Shown here: in pieces, positions 29,374-38,350 of the stretch | Layout: every line of letters starts with the position of its first letter | Position numbering within the stretch: the first letter of the stretch is position 1 | Source: a bacterium | GTDB taxonomy: Bacteria > Arandabacterota > Arandabacteria > Arandabacterales > Arandabacteraceae | Assembly: GCA_025774845.1 (NCBI GenBank) | Contig: JALGZP010000004.1 | Location: forward strand, 1,975-65,974 | Direction of reading: 5' to 3' | Length of the DNA: 64,000 nucleotides | Made by a program: the position numbers and the translations under genes | Notes under the pieces: model-generated | Told to the model about the DNA's origin: nothing | The model's input: the letters and a program-made list of their open reading frames with translations, nothing else | The model's database searches: none

Positions 29374-32300
29374 TTACGATGCGATTTGGTAACGCTGGAT
29401 TTTGTTAAGAAGACCACGTCGACTCAAACCAAGACTCCTGGCAGCTTTGGTCTTGTTACCACTGAATCGACGCATCGCCTCTTTTATCATCTGTCTCTCG
29501 ATCTGCTGGACGGCCTCAGCCATCGGCCGGGTGCGATCGGTCGTGACTATGCTGCCCCATTCGGACAACTCATCGGAGAAGAGATCGGGTGTGATCAGGT
29601 CTCCGTCTCCGGCAAAGGTGACTGCCCTTTCGATTTCGTGCTCGAGTTGCCTTACATTCCCAGCCCACGAGAAACTCACAAGGAGATCCATCGCAGGTGC
29701 CGAGAACCCGACCACGGACTTGCCCATCCTGCCGTTATAGACACCGAGGAAATGCTCGGCAAGCAGCGGTATATCATCCCGCCTCTCGCGCAGGGGCGGC
29801 AATCTCAAGGAAATCACCTTGAGCCTGTAGTAGAGATCCTCCATGAATCGACCCGACGCGACCTCGTTACTCATATCGCGGTTGGTCGCACAGATCAACC
29901 GGAAGTCGGCTTTCCTGGAATGCGTGGAGCCGACCGGCTTGAACTCCCTCTTGTCGACAACCTGAAGCAGCCGCTCCTGGAACTTTCTCGACGTCTTGTC
30001 TACCTCATCCAGGAAGACGGTTCCTCCGTCGGCCGATTCGAAAAGGCCGGTCTTGTTTGTCTTTGCATCTGTGAATGCACCCTTTATATGACCGAAAAGC
30101 TCACTCTCCAGGATCTCATTGGAGAGTGCGGAGCAGTCTATCGTCACAAAAGGCTTATCCTTCCTGTCACCGCTGGAATGAATCGCCCGCGCCAGCATTT
30201 CCTTGCCTGTGCCCGTCTCACCCTCAACAAGGACAGTGGTGGATGTGCGGCAAAGGAATTCGACGGCTTCCATCACCTCCAGCATCTTTCTGTTCTGAGT
30301 TATCATACCCTGGAAACGGCGAGCCTTGTCAAGCTTGCTCCTCAGGTATCGTGTCTCCTCAACATACCTGCCCAGCTTCGCCTCAGATAACACGGTCTTT
30401 AAGATACCGGTCAGGGCAACGACAAATTCGACGTCGCTTCTTGTGAAGAACTCTCCATCCTCTTTTGTATCCAGATATACGCAGCCCGGGCCCTCATCAT
30501 CAAGCATCAGCGGTACACACAGCACCGCACCTTCCAGTGACTTGGCGGCACCGACATCGTGGAATCTCCCGTCCTTCCGGATGTTGGTGCTGACCACCGG
30601 TCTATCGCAGGCCTCGGACATCATCAACAGCTCATCTACAGCCGACACAACACCGTTACCGTCGTCACCATCCACATTCTTGCTTGCCAGGAGCTTGAGC
30701 CCGCCGTTGTGACCCGCAAGGATCAATCCCCTGGTGGCAACCGTCTCACTGACGCAGGAATCCAGAAGTATGTCCAGCTTCTCCGCCTGACCACGGGCAC
30801 TGAGGACCCTGCCCACGATTGAGTTGAAGCTGGCCAGCCCGTTGCTTTCACTCACGGACAGGCATGACACCCGTTCATCGGCCTCCCGCTTGATCCTGCC
30901 GATCTCATCATGTATCTCACCCGGCATATTACCATCGAAAATGGTTCCTACCCTGTCCAACAGCCCGTGACAGCTCTCAACATCCCCGCACGTCGCGGCA
31001 ACACGTCCAAGCCACAAGGCCGACAGCCCGGCTTCATGTGACATCTCCAGATCCTCAAAGATCGACAGAGCCTGCGTCAGATAGGATCTTGCGGTGTCGC
31101 ATGAAGACGGCTGCGTAGCCAGGAGATCGCCGGCCTTAAGATATGTGACCGCCAGCTCCTTTTTGTCACCGATCGCAGACAGGAGGTCGATGGACTTGCT
31201 GAAGCTGACCCTCGCCACCTCCCACTCCCCCAGATGGAACTCGGCGCAACCCTTGGATCGAAGCGCGCACCCCTGCTCGAACACGTCTCTAATTCCCTGT
31301 GCCACTTGAAGCGCCTCATGAGCAAGCTGCAGACCCACCTCGTAACTGCCGCGGCTGACCTCGATATCGGCAAGTCTCCGCTTGACCTCGGCGACGATGT
31401 CACCTTGAGGCGCTATCTCCTCGGCGATCTCAAGACTCTCAAGATAGCAACGATGAGCGGATTCGACGCGTCCGCAGCCGAAATGGAGATCGCCCATGCC
31501 TTCGAAACTCAATGCCGATGTACGCGCATCACCGTTTTCAGCACTTTCCTTCATCGCACGGGCAAAGAATTCTTCCGCCTCGGCAAACTGGCGGAATGTC
31601 AGATGGTAATGACCAAGTGCCAAACGGACCGATATCACCTCCCACCCGTTACCGATGTGGGCGAGGATGCTCAAGGCTTCGGTCCAACATCTATATGCTT
31701 TCTTCAAGTAGCCGCGTTTGGAATAAATGATTCCGAGATTGCTCAGCCGCAGCCCCTTCTCCAGGTGCTGCCCTACCTCATCGGCAAGACTCAGCGCTTC
31801 CTCGTGGTAGGTCTGGGACTCCGACCAGCGGCCCAGGTACTTGCAGATGATACCCAGGTTGTTGAGACAATTCCCGGTCAACTCCCGGTCTTTTATCAGT
31901 CTGGCAGCCGAGAGGGCGGCCCGGAAGAGGTCCGACGCGCTCTCGACCTCTCCTTTCCTTGCCAGTACGCTGCCCAGACGATTGTATGTACCGGCGATAG
32001 CCCTTCCCCTGTCATCACCCAGCAGGATATCGAGACAGGATTCAAGATCGGCCTGCGAGAGATCGTATTCTCCCCGCTTGAAATGCACCCACCCCCGCTC
32101 TCCGATGATGCGGGCGAGCTCTATCGGGTCTTCGTCATCCGACACAAGCATAAAGGCTTTATCAAGCAGCTCCAGCGCATGGTCACACTTGCCAATCTTG
32201 TTGTAGCAGGTGGCAAGTCTACGAAGGAGGGAAGCACGTCTCGGTTTGGATTCTTCTGAGCTTTTGCAGCCGGCCAGCAACTTGTTGAAGTACTCGATGG

Positions 32301-32424
32301 CAGTTGTGAATTCCCCGCTCGCAAGACAGAAGTTCCCCAGATCTTCTAAAGATGTGGTTATACCCTGCCGCTTGCGCTCCTGGCCATCTCTGTCTCCAGG
32401 CCCACTGCCGTGTACCTTATCCAT
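29374..32424 (-). CDS. Sigma-54-dependent transcriptional activator (bEBP) with N-terminal TPR array and GAF domain
   Basis: 1016 aa. A roughly 480-aa TPR-like repeat region, a GAF-like segment, and an AAA+ domain with 'VLVEGETGTGKEMLARAIH', 'ESELFGHIKGAFTDA' (GAFTGA variant) and 'VFLDEVD'. C-terminal Fis-type HTH 'NKTKAARSLGLSRRGLLNKIQRY'. Confidence 0.9.
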   Translation of the reverse strand: MDKVHGSGPGDRDGQERKRQGITTSLEDLGNFCLASGEFTTAIEYFNKLLAGCKSSEESKPRRASLLRRLATCYNKIGKCDHALELLDKAFMLVSDDEDPIELARIIGERGWVHFKRGEYDLSQADLESCLDILLGDDRGRAIAGTYNRLGSVLARKGEVESASDLFRAALSAARLIKDRELTGNCLNNLGIICKYLGRWSESQTYHEEALSLADEVGQHLEKGLRLSNLGIIYSKRGYLKKAYRCWTEALSILAHIGNGWEVISVRLALGHYHLTFRQFAEAEEFFARAMKESAENGDARTSALSFEGMGDLHFGCGRVESAHRCYLESLEIAEEIAPQGDIVAEVKRRLADIEVSRGSYEVGLQLAHEALQVAQGIRDVFEQGCALRSKGCAEFHLGEWEVARVSFSKSIDLLSAIGDKKELAVTYLKAGDLLATQPSSCDTARSYLTQALSIFEDLEMSHEAGLSALWLGRVAATCGDVESCHGLLDRVGTIFDGNMPGEIHDEIGRIKREADERVSCLSVSESNGLASFNSIVGRVLSARGQAEKLDILLDSCVSETVATRGLILAGHNGGLKLLASKNVDGDDGNGVVSAVDELLMMSEACDRPVVSTNIRKDGRFHDVGAAKSLEGAVLCVPLMLDDEGPGCVYLDTKEDGEFFTRSDVEFVVALTGILKTVLSEAKLGRYVEETRYLRSKLDKARRFQGMITQNRKMLEVMEAVEFLCRTSTTVLVEGETGTGKEMLARAIHSSGDRKDKPFVTIDCSALSNEILESELFGHIKGAFTDAKTNKTGLFESADGGTVFLDEVDKTSRKFQERLLQVVDKREFKPVGSTHSRKADFRLICATNRDMSNEVASGRFMEDLYYRLKVISLRLPPLRERRDDIPLLAEHFLGVYNGRMGKSVVGFSAPAMDLLVSFSWAGNVRQLEHEIERAVTFAGDGDLITPDLFSDELSEWGSIVTTDRTRPMAEAVQQIERQMIKEAMRRFSGNKTKAARSLGLSRRGLLNKIQRYQIAS

Positions 32425-32474
32425 GTCACCCTTTCCCCGCCAGCTCGAAGGGTGAAAATAGCCTGTTGCCCGTA

Positions 32475-32774
32475 TTACCGACTTATGCGGGTCTTACTCG
32501 AAGCAACAGGAATCCTTCTAATTGGTACTGGTTCCAGCTTTCGCTCGTGCTCGCCCCTTATCTGGATGAATCGATGAATGATAGGAACATCGAATAAGAT
32601 AAGGATTGGACCGGCATCCCCGGATATGTGCTCACCCGGAGTCCGTCCCTTCGGTCTTGTACCTTCAAAGATGTCGGGATCTCCCCAGTATGGGGATTTC
32701 GGTCCGGCAAGCGCACTTCCGCAGAACGCCAGAGCAAGAACAACAACAAAAGCTATGAGCCATCTCGGCGTCAT
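32475..32774 (-). CDS. Small exported protein, unknown function
   Basis: 99 aa with signal peptide 'MTPRWLIAFVVVLALAFCGSALA'. GGAGG lies 9 nt before the ATG, with a strong predicted promoter just upstream. The gene is 50 nt upstream of the bEBP gene. Confidence 0.5.
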   Translation of the reverse strand: MTPRWLIAFVVVLALAFCGSALAGPKSPYWGDPDIFEGTRPKGRTPGEHISGDAGPILILFDVPIIHRFIQIRGEHERKLEPVPIRRIPVASSKTRISR

Positions 32775-32808
32775 ATCACTGCGCCTCCGCTAATAGCCCT
32801 CATGCCTT

Positions 32809-32837
32809 ACTATAGCGTAAACCGAGAGATTTGTCAA
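32809..32837 (-). promoter_or_regulatory. Putative sigma-70-type promoter for the small ORF and bEBP gene
   Basis: The minus strand reads TTGACA-17 nt-TATAGT, about 35 nt upstream of ATG 32774. Confidence 0.55.
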
Positions 32838-32851
32838 TCTCCATATTCAAT

Positions 32852-33649
32852 TCATCGGCCTGTAGAGACTCCCCCTGAAGCCTCCTCCTTCGACTTGCAC
32901 TTGATGCAAAGCCGTGCAGAGGGCATCACCTTGAGTCTTTTGATCCCTATGGCCTTGGTGCACATCTCGCAGATACCATAGGTGCCGGTCTTAAGCTTCT
33001 CGAGCGCGGCGCTGATCTCCCGCAGGGCATGGATCCCGGCCTCCCCATGTTCAAAAGCTCTTTCCTTCTCAACCGAAGCGGATACAAGGTCCCCCACCTC
33101 AGGGAAACTGGTATGATCATTCTTCATACTGGCTTCCCGTGCCCTCTTGATCTCCTCCAGGACCTCGGCTCGCTTGGTTTCGAGCATGGTCCTGAGTTCT
33201 TTTACCCTGGCTTTCGACTGCATCACACGGGATTTAACCGGCTTCTTGGGTGGAGCAATCGGTCTCTGCTCGACAGCCTTTGCCGTGGTCTTGCGTGCGA
33301 CTTTCTTTACGGGTTTCCGGGTAACCTTCCTGGCCGTTTTCCTCGCTGTCTTCTTTGCCGGTTTCCGGGTCGCCCTCTTCGCCGTTTTCCTCGTTGTCTT
33401 CTTTGCCGGTTTCCGGGTAACCTTCCTGGCTGTTTTCCTCGCTGTCTTCTTTGCTGGCTTCCGGGTAACCTTCCTGGCCGTTTTCCTCGCTGTCTTCTTT
33501 GCTGGTTTCCGGGTCACCCTCTTCGCCGTTTTCCCGACCTTTTTCTTAGCCACCTTCCGGGTCGCTTTTCTGGTCGTCTTCCTTGTCGATCTTGCCTTTC
33601 CCTTCGCTGCTTTTTTTGTACGTCCTGGCAATCCAACTCCCCCTCTCAA
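32852..33649 (-). CDS. DksA/TraR C4 zinc-finger protein with N-terminal histone-H1-like basic repeat region
   Basis: C-terminal 'CEMCTKAIGIKRLKVMPSARLCIKCK' (CxxC-x17-CxxC) is preceded by a coiled coil. The N-terminal ~130 aa are tandem 'TRKPAKKTARKTARKV' units. TTGA overlap with the trkH stop. Confidence 0.8.
   Translation of the reverse strand: MRGGVGLPGRTKKAAKGKARSTRKTTRKATRKVAKKKVGKTAKRVTRKPAKKTARKTARKVTRKPAKKTARKTARKVTRKPAKKTTRKTAKRATRKPAKKTARKTARKVTRKPVKKVARKTTAKAVEQRPIAPPKKPVKSRVMQSKARVKELRTMLETKRAEVLEEIKRAREASMKNDHTSFPEVGDLVSASVEKERAFEHGEAGIHALREISAALEKLKTGTYGICEMCTKAIGIKRLKVMPSARLCIKCKSKEEASGGVSTGR
33314..33535. repeat. 48-nt coding tandem repeat, about 4.6 copies (24-nt sub-period)
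   Basis: Plus-strand units start at 33314, 33362, 33410, 33458 and 33506 (tttccgggtaaccttcctggccgttttcctcgctgtcttctttgccgg and near-identical copies). They encode the 16-aa basic repeat of the DksA-like protein. Confidence 0.9.
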
Positions 33650-35397
33650 CCTATCATTACTCTTTCGGCAGGATAGGAATAGGACGAATCACGCATCCTC
33701 TGTCTTATCGCCAACCCAAGAGTCAAGGGCCCGATCCTGCCAAAGAACATTGTTAGAATTATCACTATCTTGCTTGTAGTAGTCAAGTCCCGTGTTAGTC
33801 CCCGGGAGAGGCCCACTGTGCCGAAGGCGGACACGCTTTCGAACAGGACTTCGGTAAGAGGTTGCTCCTCGGCAACTGAGATAATGATCGCCGAGACGAG
33901 AATCAGCCCAAGGGACAGGATAACGACGCATATCGCTTTGTTGACTACATCCTGAGGAAGCGCACGTTTGAAGAACTCAACGCTGGGCCTGCCCCTGAGT
34001 ATCGACCGTATCGTCGCAACCAGGACCGCTATCGTACTGGTCTTTGTCCCCCCTCCCGTTCCTCCGGGTGAAGCACCTATGAACATCAGGAGTATGACGA
34101 TCAGCGCACTCGGGGTGGCTATCCTTCCCATCGTGGTCGTGCTGAACCCTGCGGTTCTGGCGGTAACCGAGGTAAAGAATGCCGACAGCATCCGCTGCGC
34201 AGCCGGTAAAGAGGCTATCGACTTGTTTGCTTCGAAGAGGTAGAAGGCAAGAGTGCCGAAGACCAGAAGGATACCGGTGGCAACCAGGACCGTTCTTGAA
34301 TGAAGGCTGAGTCTCGTCCCCGCTCTCTGTCTCTTGACGATACTGACAAAGCAGGAAGCCAGGTTCGATACGACCGTGAAGCCCAGACCGCCGATGACTA
34401 TAAGGACGACAAAGACCATGATAACATCCACCCGGCCCGCGAATCCTTCAAGGCTGTTCATGAAAAGTGAGAAGCCCGCGTTGCAGAAGGCGGATATCGA
34501 GTGAAAGAGAGAATAGTAGAACGTGGTAAACGGAGACGCGAAGTCCCGGGCCCACAATCGCGACAGTATGAGCACGCCTGCCAGCTCGCACAGCCCGGTT
34601 ATCAACACGATGTTCCTTAAGAGTCCGGTTACCTCCCCTATGAAGTCCGAGCTCAGGATGTCCTTCATCACCGCCCTCTGACGCATACCTATACCCCTAC
34701 CCATCACAACCGCGGAAAAGGCCACCAGACTCATTATGCCGATGCCGCCGAGCTGGATCAGGAACAGGATTATCCCCTGTCCAAACTTCGAGAAGTAGGT
34801 TCCCGTATCGACCACGATCAGACCCGTCACGCATGTAGCGGAGGCAGCGGTAAAGAGGGCATCGACAAACGGCATCGATATACCCGTTGCCGTGGCCCTT
34901 GGAAGCAGGAGCAGAAGTGTCCCGATACTGATGGCAATCGCAAAACTCAGAAGCACCAGCTGTGAAGCGCTAAGGTTCAGTTTTGCGATCACTCTGTTGG
35001 CGTCGACCGTCTTGGTGAATAGTGCCGCCCCGATATAGATCTGGACAGCGATTATATAGGCCTTGGTCAGGGAAACGATATTAAGCCGTGCAAGAAAAGT
35101 GGCCACCATCTCGGATTCGGAGAAGAAACGCAGCGATATGATCTGGGCGGAAAACAGCCCTATGAAGGCAAAATCTAGCCAGTGCGACCTGAGATATGCG
35201 AGCTTTTCCCTGCTTATTAGCAGTCTAAGGAAGTTTTCGGCGATAAAGAAAGAGATTATGCCGACATCGAGGGCGTTGAGATACTCAAGATAGATCTGGG
35301 GAAGAAAGAAGCCGTAACGGGCTACCAGGGAGGCTCCGGCAAGGACCGCCGCCACTATCAGCATGCGGCCTAGCAGTCTGTCAATTGCTTCCCTCAT
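33646..35397 (-). CDS. trkH: TrkH/KtrB-family K+ transporter subunit with about 100-aa extra N-terminal membrane region
   Basis: Four pore-loop glycine motifs: 'SAFCNAGFSL', 'TARTAGFST', 'ASPGGTGGGTKT' and 'SAFGTVGLS'. At 583 aa it is longer than typical TrkH. Confidence 0.85.
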   Translation of the reverse strand: MREAIDRLLGRMLIVAAVLAGASLVARYGFFLPQIYLEYLNALDVGIISFFIAENFLRLLISREKLAYLRSHWLDFAFIGLFSAQIISLRFFSESEMVATFLARLNIVSLTKAYIIAVQIYIGAALFTKTVDANRVIAKLNLSASQLVLLSFAIAISIGTLLLLLPRATATGISMPFVDALFTAASATCVTGLIVVDTGTYFSKFGQGIILFLIQLGGIGIMSLVAFSAVVMGRGIGMRQRAVMKDILSSDFIGEVTGLLRNIVLITGLCELAGVLILSRLWARDFASPFTTFYYSLFHSISAFCNAGFSLFMNSLEGFAGRVDVIMVFVVLIVIGGLGFTVVSNLASCFVSIVKRQRAGTRLSLHSRTVLVATGILLVFGTLAFYLFEANKSIASLPAAQRMLSAFFTSVTARTAGFSTTTMGRIATPSALIVILLMFIGASPGGTGGGTKTSTIAVLVATIRSILRGRPSVEFFKRALPQDVVNKAICVVILSLGLILVSAIIISVAEEQPLTEVLFESVSAFGTVGLSRGLTRDLTTTSKIVIILTMFFGRIGPLTLGLAIRQRMRDSSYSYPAERVMIG

Positions 35398-35547
35398 ATG
35401 GTGCAGCCTGGGGCTCTAATACGACTCCAACGGAATGAAAACCGCAGCGGCCACAAAGGGCACTCTGCGCGACGTAGAATCATTGAATAGACTCCCCGCT
35501 TTGTCAAGGGATTAATACCGAAGGCAGAAGTGACCCGCCGGGCATGT

Positions 35548-37062
35548 TCAGTCAACAAGGAAGCTCGTAAACTGCCAGACCTCGTCCTCTCTGGGTACCC
35601 TTTTGCCCCACTTGTCAAAGAGCTTGGACCTGTCCCTGAGCGGAGTCCAGTCGGTTCTCACCGATGGGCAAGGTCCCAGGTAAGGATAGGCGATGTCCAG
35701 AATCTCTTCATGCGGCAGGTCATCGGGGACATTGATACCCATTTGCGGGTTCTTTATCATCCACACCACACCCGCCAGTACAGCGGCCGCCACCTGAAGG
35801 GTAGTCGCGTTCTGGCCCGGAACCAGCCGTCGGGCTTCTTCGATATCAAGCTGTGACCCGGTCCACCACCCACCGAGGCCGTGCCCGAGCAGGAGAACGC
35901 CGAGCTCGTCGATACCCCCGGTGATCTCATCGGCCATGATCCGACGGCGTTCTTGTAAGATATATCCATGCATCGTCAACTCGTGAAGGCTAAGGAGAGC
36001 CTGGTCGCACGGCATATAGGCATAGTGGACTGTGGGCCGGAAAAGCGGCTGACGTATCGCTGGGTCCGTGTCTTCCCAGACAGTGAGGTGGTCACTGATG
36101 GTAAAGGATTCCGCGTGCCTGACCACCATCCCGATGATCGGCCCGCCCATGGGGACCCATGAATAGACAAGTGTTCTGATACCCGGCTGTGCGATGAAGA
36201 TCTGATTGCCCGGTCCGCCCTCCGGATGATAGGCATATCTGGGCAGCCGGTGTTCGTGGGTTCCCCAGCCGAGCTCAGCAGGAGCTGTACCCTCTTCATA
36301 GAACCCCTCGATCGACCATGTGTTGACAAACTCCCCCACTTCCTTGGGCTTGTCCGATATCTGGGTGTCCCGCTCCGAAATATGTATGACCTTTGTACCT
36401 GTATGCTGACACAGGCGTGCGAATGAACCGGGTTCGGCCCGCTTCGCTGCCGCAAGAATGTCTTCGAGGCGATCCGTTCCGGACCCGGAAGCCGATGGCA
36501 GGCGCTTATTCACCATCTCTTCCCCGATCTCAAGAAGAGCCCGTTTGACGAAGTGATTGACGAGTCCCGGGTTTGCACCATGGTCTATGACGGCGGTTGC
36601 TCCCCCACCACCCTTTTCCTGTATTGCCAGCTTGAGCTTCCGCAGCTGCATCTGACGGAAGTAGAGGCTCCGGCGGTGAGGTGATTGGTCCTCGATACCG
36701 CCATAAGGGTCCCATTCCTCGAGTGAAGTATTGATGAACATCACGGCGTTCTGGTTACACCACTCCAGTATCTCAAGAGTCTCGGTGTCCCATGCCAGGT
36801 CCACAATCAGGTCGCCCGGCCCGACATACTTGCCGAGCATATCCCGGAAGTTGTCCTGTGTGATACGCTCCTGGACATACTGAACCCCGCTCCCCAGACA
36901 ATCGGATATCCGCGGTCTGCGATCTTCGAAGTCCATCACCGTCACCCGGTCCGGTGGCATATCGATGTGCCTGAGCAGAAGCGGCAGTGTGCACTGTCCT
37001 ACCGACCCACACCCCAACATCAGGATCCGTCCCTGGAACCCCGTTAGCTTGTCATTCACCAT
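35548..37062 (-). CDS. hss: Homospermidine synthase (saccharopine-dehydrogenase-like fold)
   Basis: 'ILMLGCGSVGQCTLPLLLRH' N-terminal Rossmann motif and 'VIDHGANPGLVNHFVK'. The ~500-aa length and the adjacent ornithine-decarboxylase-type gene fit bacterial HSS. The call is from memory of the family, not a search. Confidence 0.65.
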   Translation of the reverse strand: MVNDKLTGFQGRILMLGCGSVGQCTLPLLLRHIDMPPDRVTVMDFEDRRPRISDCLGSGVQYVQERITQDNFRDMLGKYVGPGDLIVDLAWDTETLEILEWCNQNAVMFINTSLEEWDPYGGIEDQSPHRRSLYFRQMQLRKLKLAIQEKGGGGATAVIDHGANPGLVNHFVKRALLEIGEEMVNKRLPSASGSGTDRLEDILAAAKRAEPGSFARLCQHTGTKVIHISERDTQISDKPKEVGEFVNTWSIEGFYEEGTAPAELGWGTHEHRLPRYAYHPEGGPGNQIFIAQPGIRTLVYSWVPMGGPIIGMVVRHAESFTISDHLTVWEDTDPAIRQPLFRPTVHYAYMPCDQALLSLHELTMHGYILQERRRIMADEITGGIDELGVLLLGHGLGGWWTGSQLDIEEARRLVPGQNATTLQVAAAVLAGVVWMIKNPQMGINVPDDLPHEEILDIAYPYLGPCPSVRTDWTPLRDRSKLFDKWGKRVPREDEVWQFTSFLVD

Positions 37063-37105
37063 CCTGGGAAACCACCCTTTCTAAAGATCAGCTGGTCAAG
37101 CCCCT

Positions 37106-38332
37106 CTAGCCAACTGCGAAACGGCGTGTAACGTCGGACTCCGGTTTCCCGACATCCAGACGGTCATCGCCGAGAACGACAAGGCGAGGCGGCTCGAATC
37201 CATTGAACGAAGTTGCGCTGGCGTTCGTATAGGCCCCCATGCCGGGAACCAGAAGGATATCTCCTATATCAAGTTCAGGTAGAATCTGGTCTCTGGATAC
37301 GACGTCTATGGAGTCACATGTGGGGCCGGCAACAACACACTTTCTCCTGGGCCCGCTGTGATCTGAGATTATGCGATAGTCGCACATATCGAAGAGCCGG
37401 CCTGAGAATGCGCCATAGACACCGTCATCTACGTAGTACCATGGTATACCGTCTCTCAGCGCACGTCCTGTTACACGGGTTATCAGGGTGGCAGAGTCAC
37501 CGGAGATGCAACGACCGGGCTCACAGAGTACGGTCACGCCCGCCTTCTGGAGCTCGCGGCACCCACCCGAGACGACCTTGCAGAACTCGGTCACACTTGG
37601 TAACGACTCCCGGTAGGAAACCGGGAATCCACCGCCTACATCCAGGGTATCAAGCGCAAGACCAAGCTCCCGGCCCTTTTCGAATATCTCACCAATCAGT
37701 TTGAGAGCCCGGGCATACACTATGGGATCCCGGCACTGCGATCCCACGTGGAAAGCAATGCCTCTGACATTCAGACCCGAGTGGCGTGCAGCAAGAAGGA
37801 GCGAGACTACATCTTCCCGCGAAGCTCCGAACTTCGACGAGAGGTCCACCACGCAGTTGCTGTTCCTGATCGCAACCCGTAACAACAGGTTGCAGCCGGG
37901 CGCATGCCGCGCCAGTTTTCGTATCTCATCGGTGTTGTCAAACACGAACCAGCTGATCCCGAGCCTCACGCTCTCCCTGATATCGGATTCCCGCTTGACC
38001 GGGTGGCTGTGAATCAGACGGTCCACCGCGAAGCCGGCTTGCTCAGCGGCAGAGACCTCACCGGAGGAGGCGACATCGATGCCATCCACATGTCCATTGA
38101 GCAGACTTAAGATCTCAGTGCTCGGATTGGCTTTCATCGCGTAGTAGATCTTTATACCGGGAAGCCCACGCCGGAGAACTTCTACGTTCTCTCTCAGTCG
38201 TACCGGGGATAAAACCAGCAGTGGTGTAGCCAACGACCCGGCCATCTCTCTGGCCTGGTCGAAGCCAACAACGGGTTCTGCGAGGGAACCCCGTGGAGTC
38301 GAAGACACCAACACAGTCTCTCTTCTGATCAT
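37106..38332 (-). CDS. PLP-dependent ornithine/lysine decarboxylase (alanine-racemase fold, group IV)
   Basis: 'IYYAMKANPS' (PLP-Lys), 'FHVGSQ', 'LDVGGGFP', 'CEPGRCISG' and 'AGPTCDSIDV'. Confidence 0.85.
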   Translation of the reverse strand: MIRRETVLVSSTPRGSLAEPVVGFDQAREMAGSLATPLLVLSPVRLRENVEVLRRGLPGIKIYYAMKANPSTEILSLLNGHVDGIDVASSGEVSAAEQAGFAVDRLIHSHPVKRESDIRESVRLGISWFVFDNTDEIRKLARHAPGCNLLLRVAIRNSNCVVDLSSKFGASREDVVSLLLAARHSGLNVRGIAFHVGSQCRDPIVYARALKLIGEIFEKGRELGLALDTLDVGGGFPVSYRESLPSVTEFCKVVSGGCRELQKAGVTVLCEPGRCISGDSATLITRVTGRALRDGIPWYYVDDGVYGAFSGRLFDMCDYRIISDHSGPRRKCVVAGPTCDSIDVVSRDQILPELDIGDILLVPGMGAYTNASATSFNGFEPPRLVVLGDDRLDVGKPESDVTRRFAVG

Positions 38333-38350
38333 CGCTCTCCCACCTGTCGG

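Noticed and set aside
29214-29417. 67-aa ORF in the gap between the activator gene and the sigma factor gene.
   Set aside because: It overlaps the activator's 3' end, has no SD and a low-complexity product. The region is better explained as regulatory (palindromes plus the sigma-54 promoter).
33314-33535. Regular 48-nt repeats that could be mistaken for a CRISPR array or a non-coding satellite.
   Set aside because: There are no unique spacers; the units abut directly. They are in frame inside the DksA-like ORF and encode a 16-aa basic repeat. No cas genes are present.
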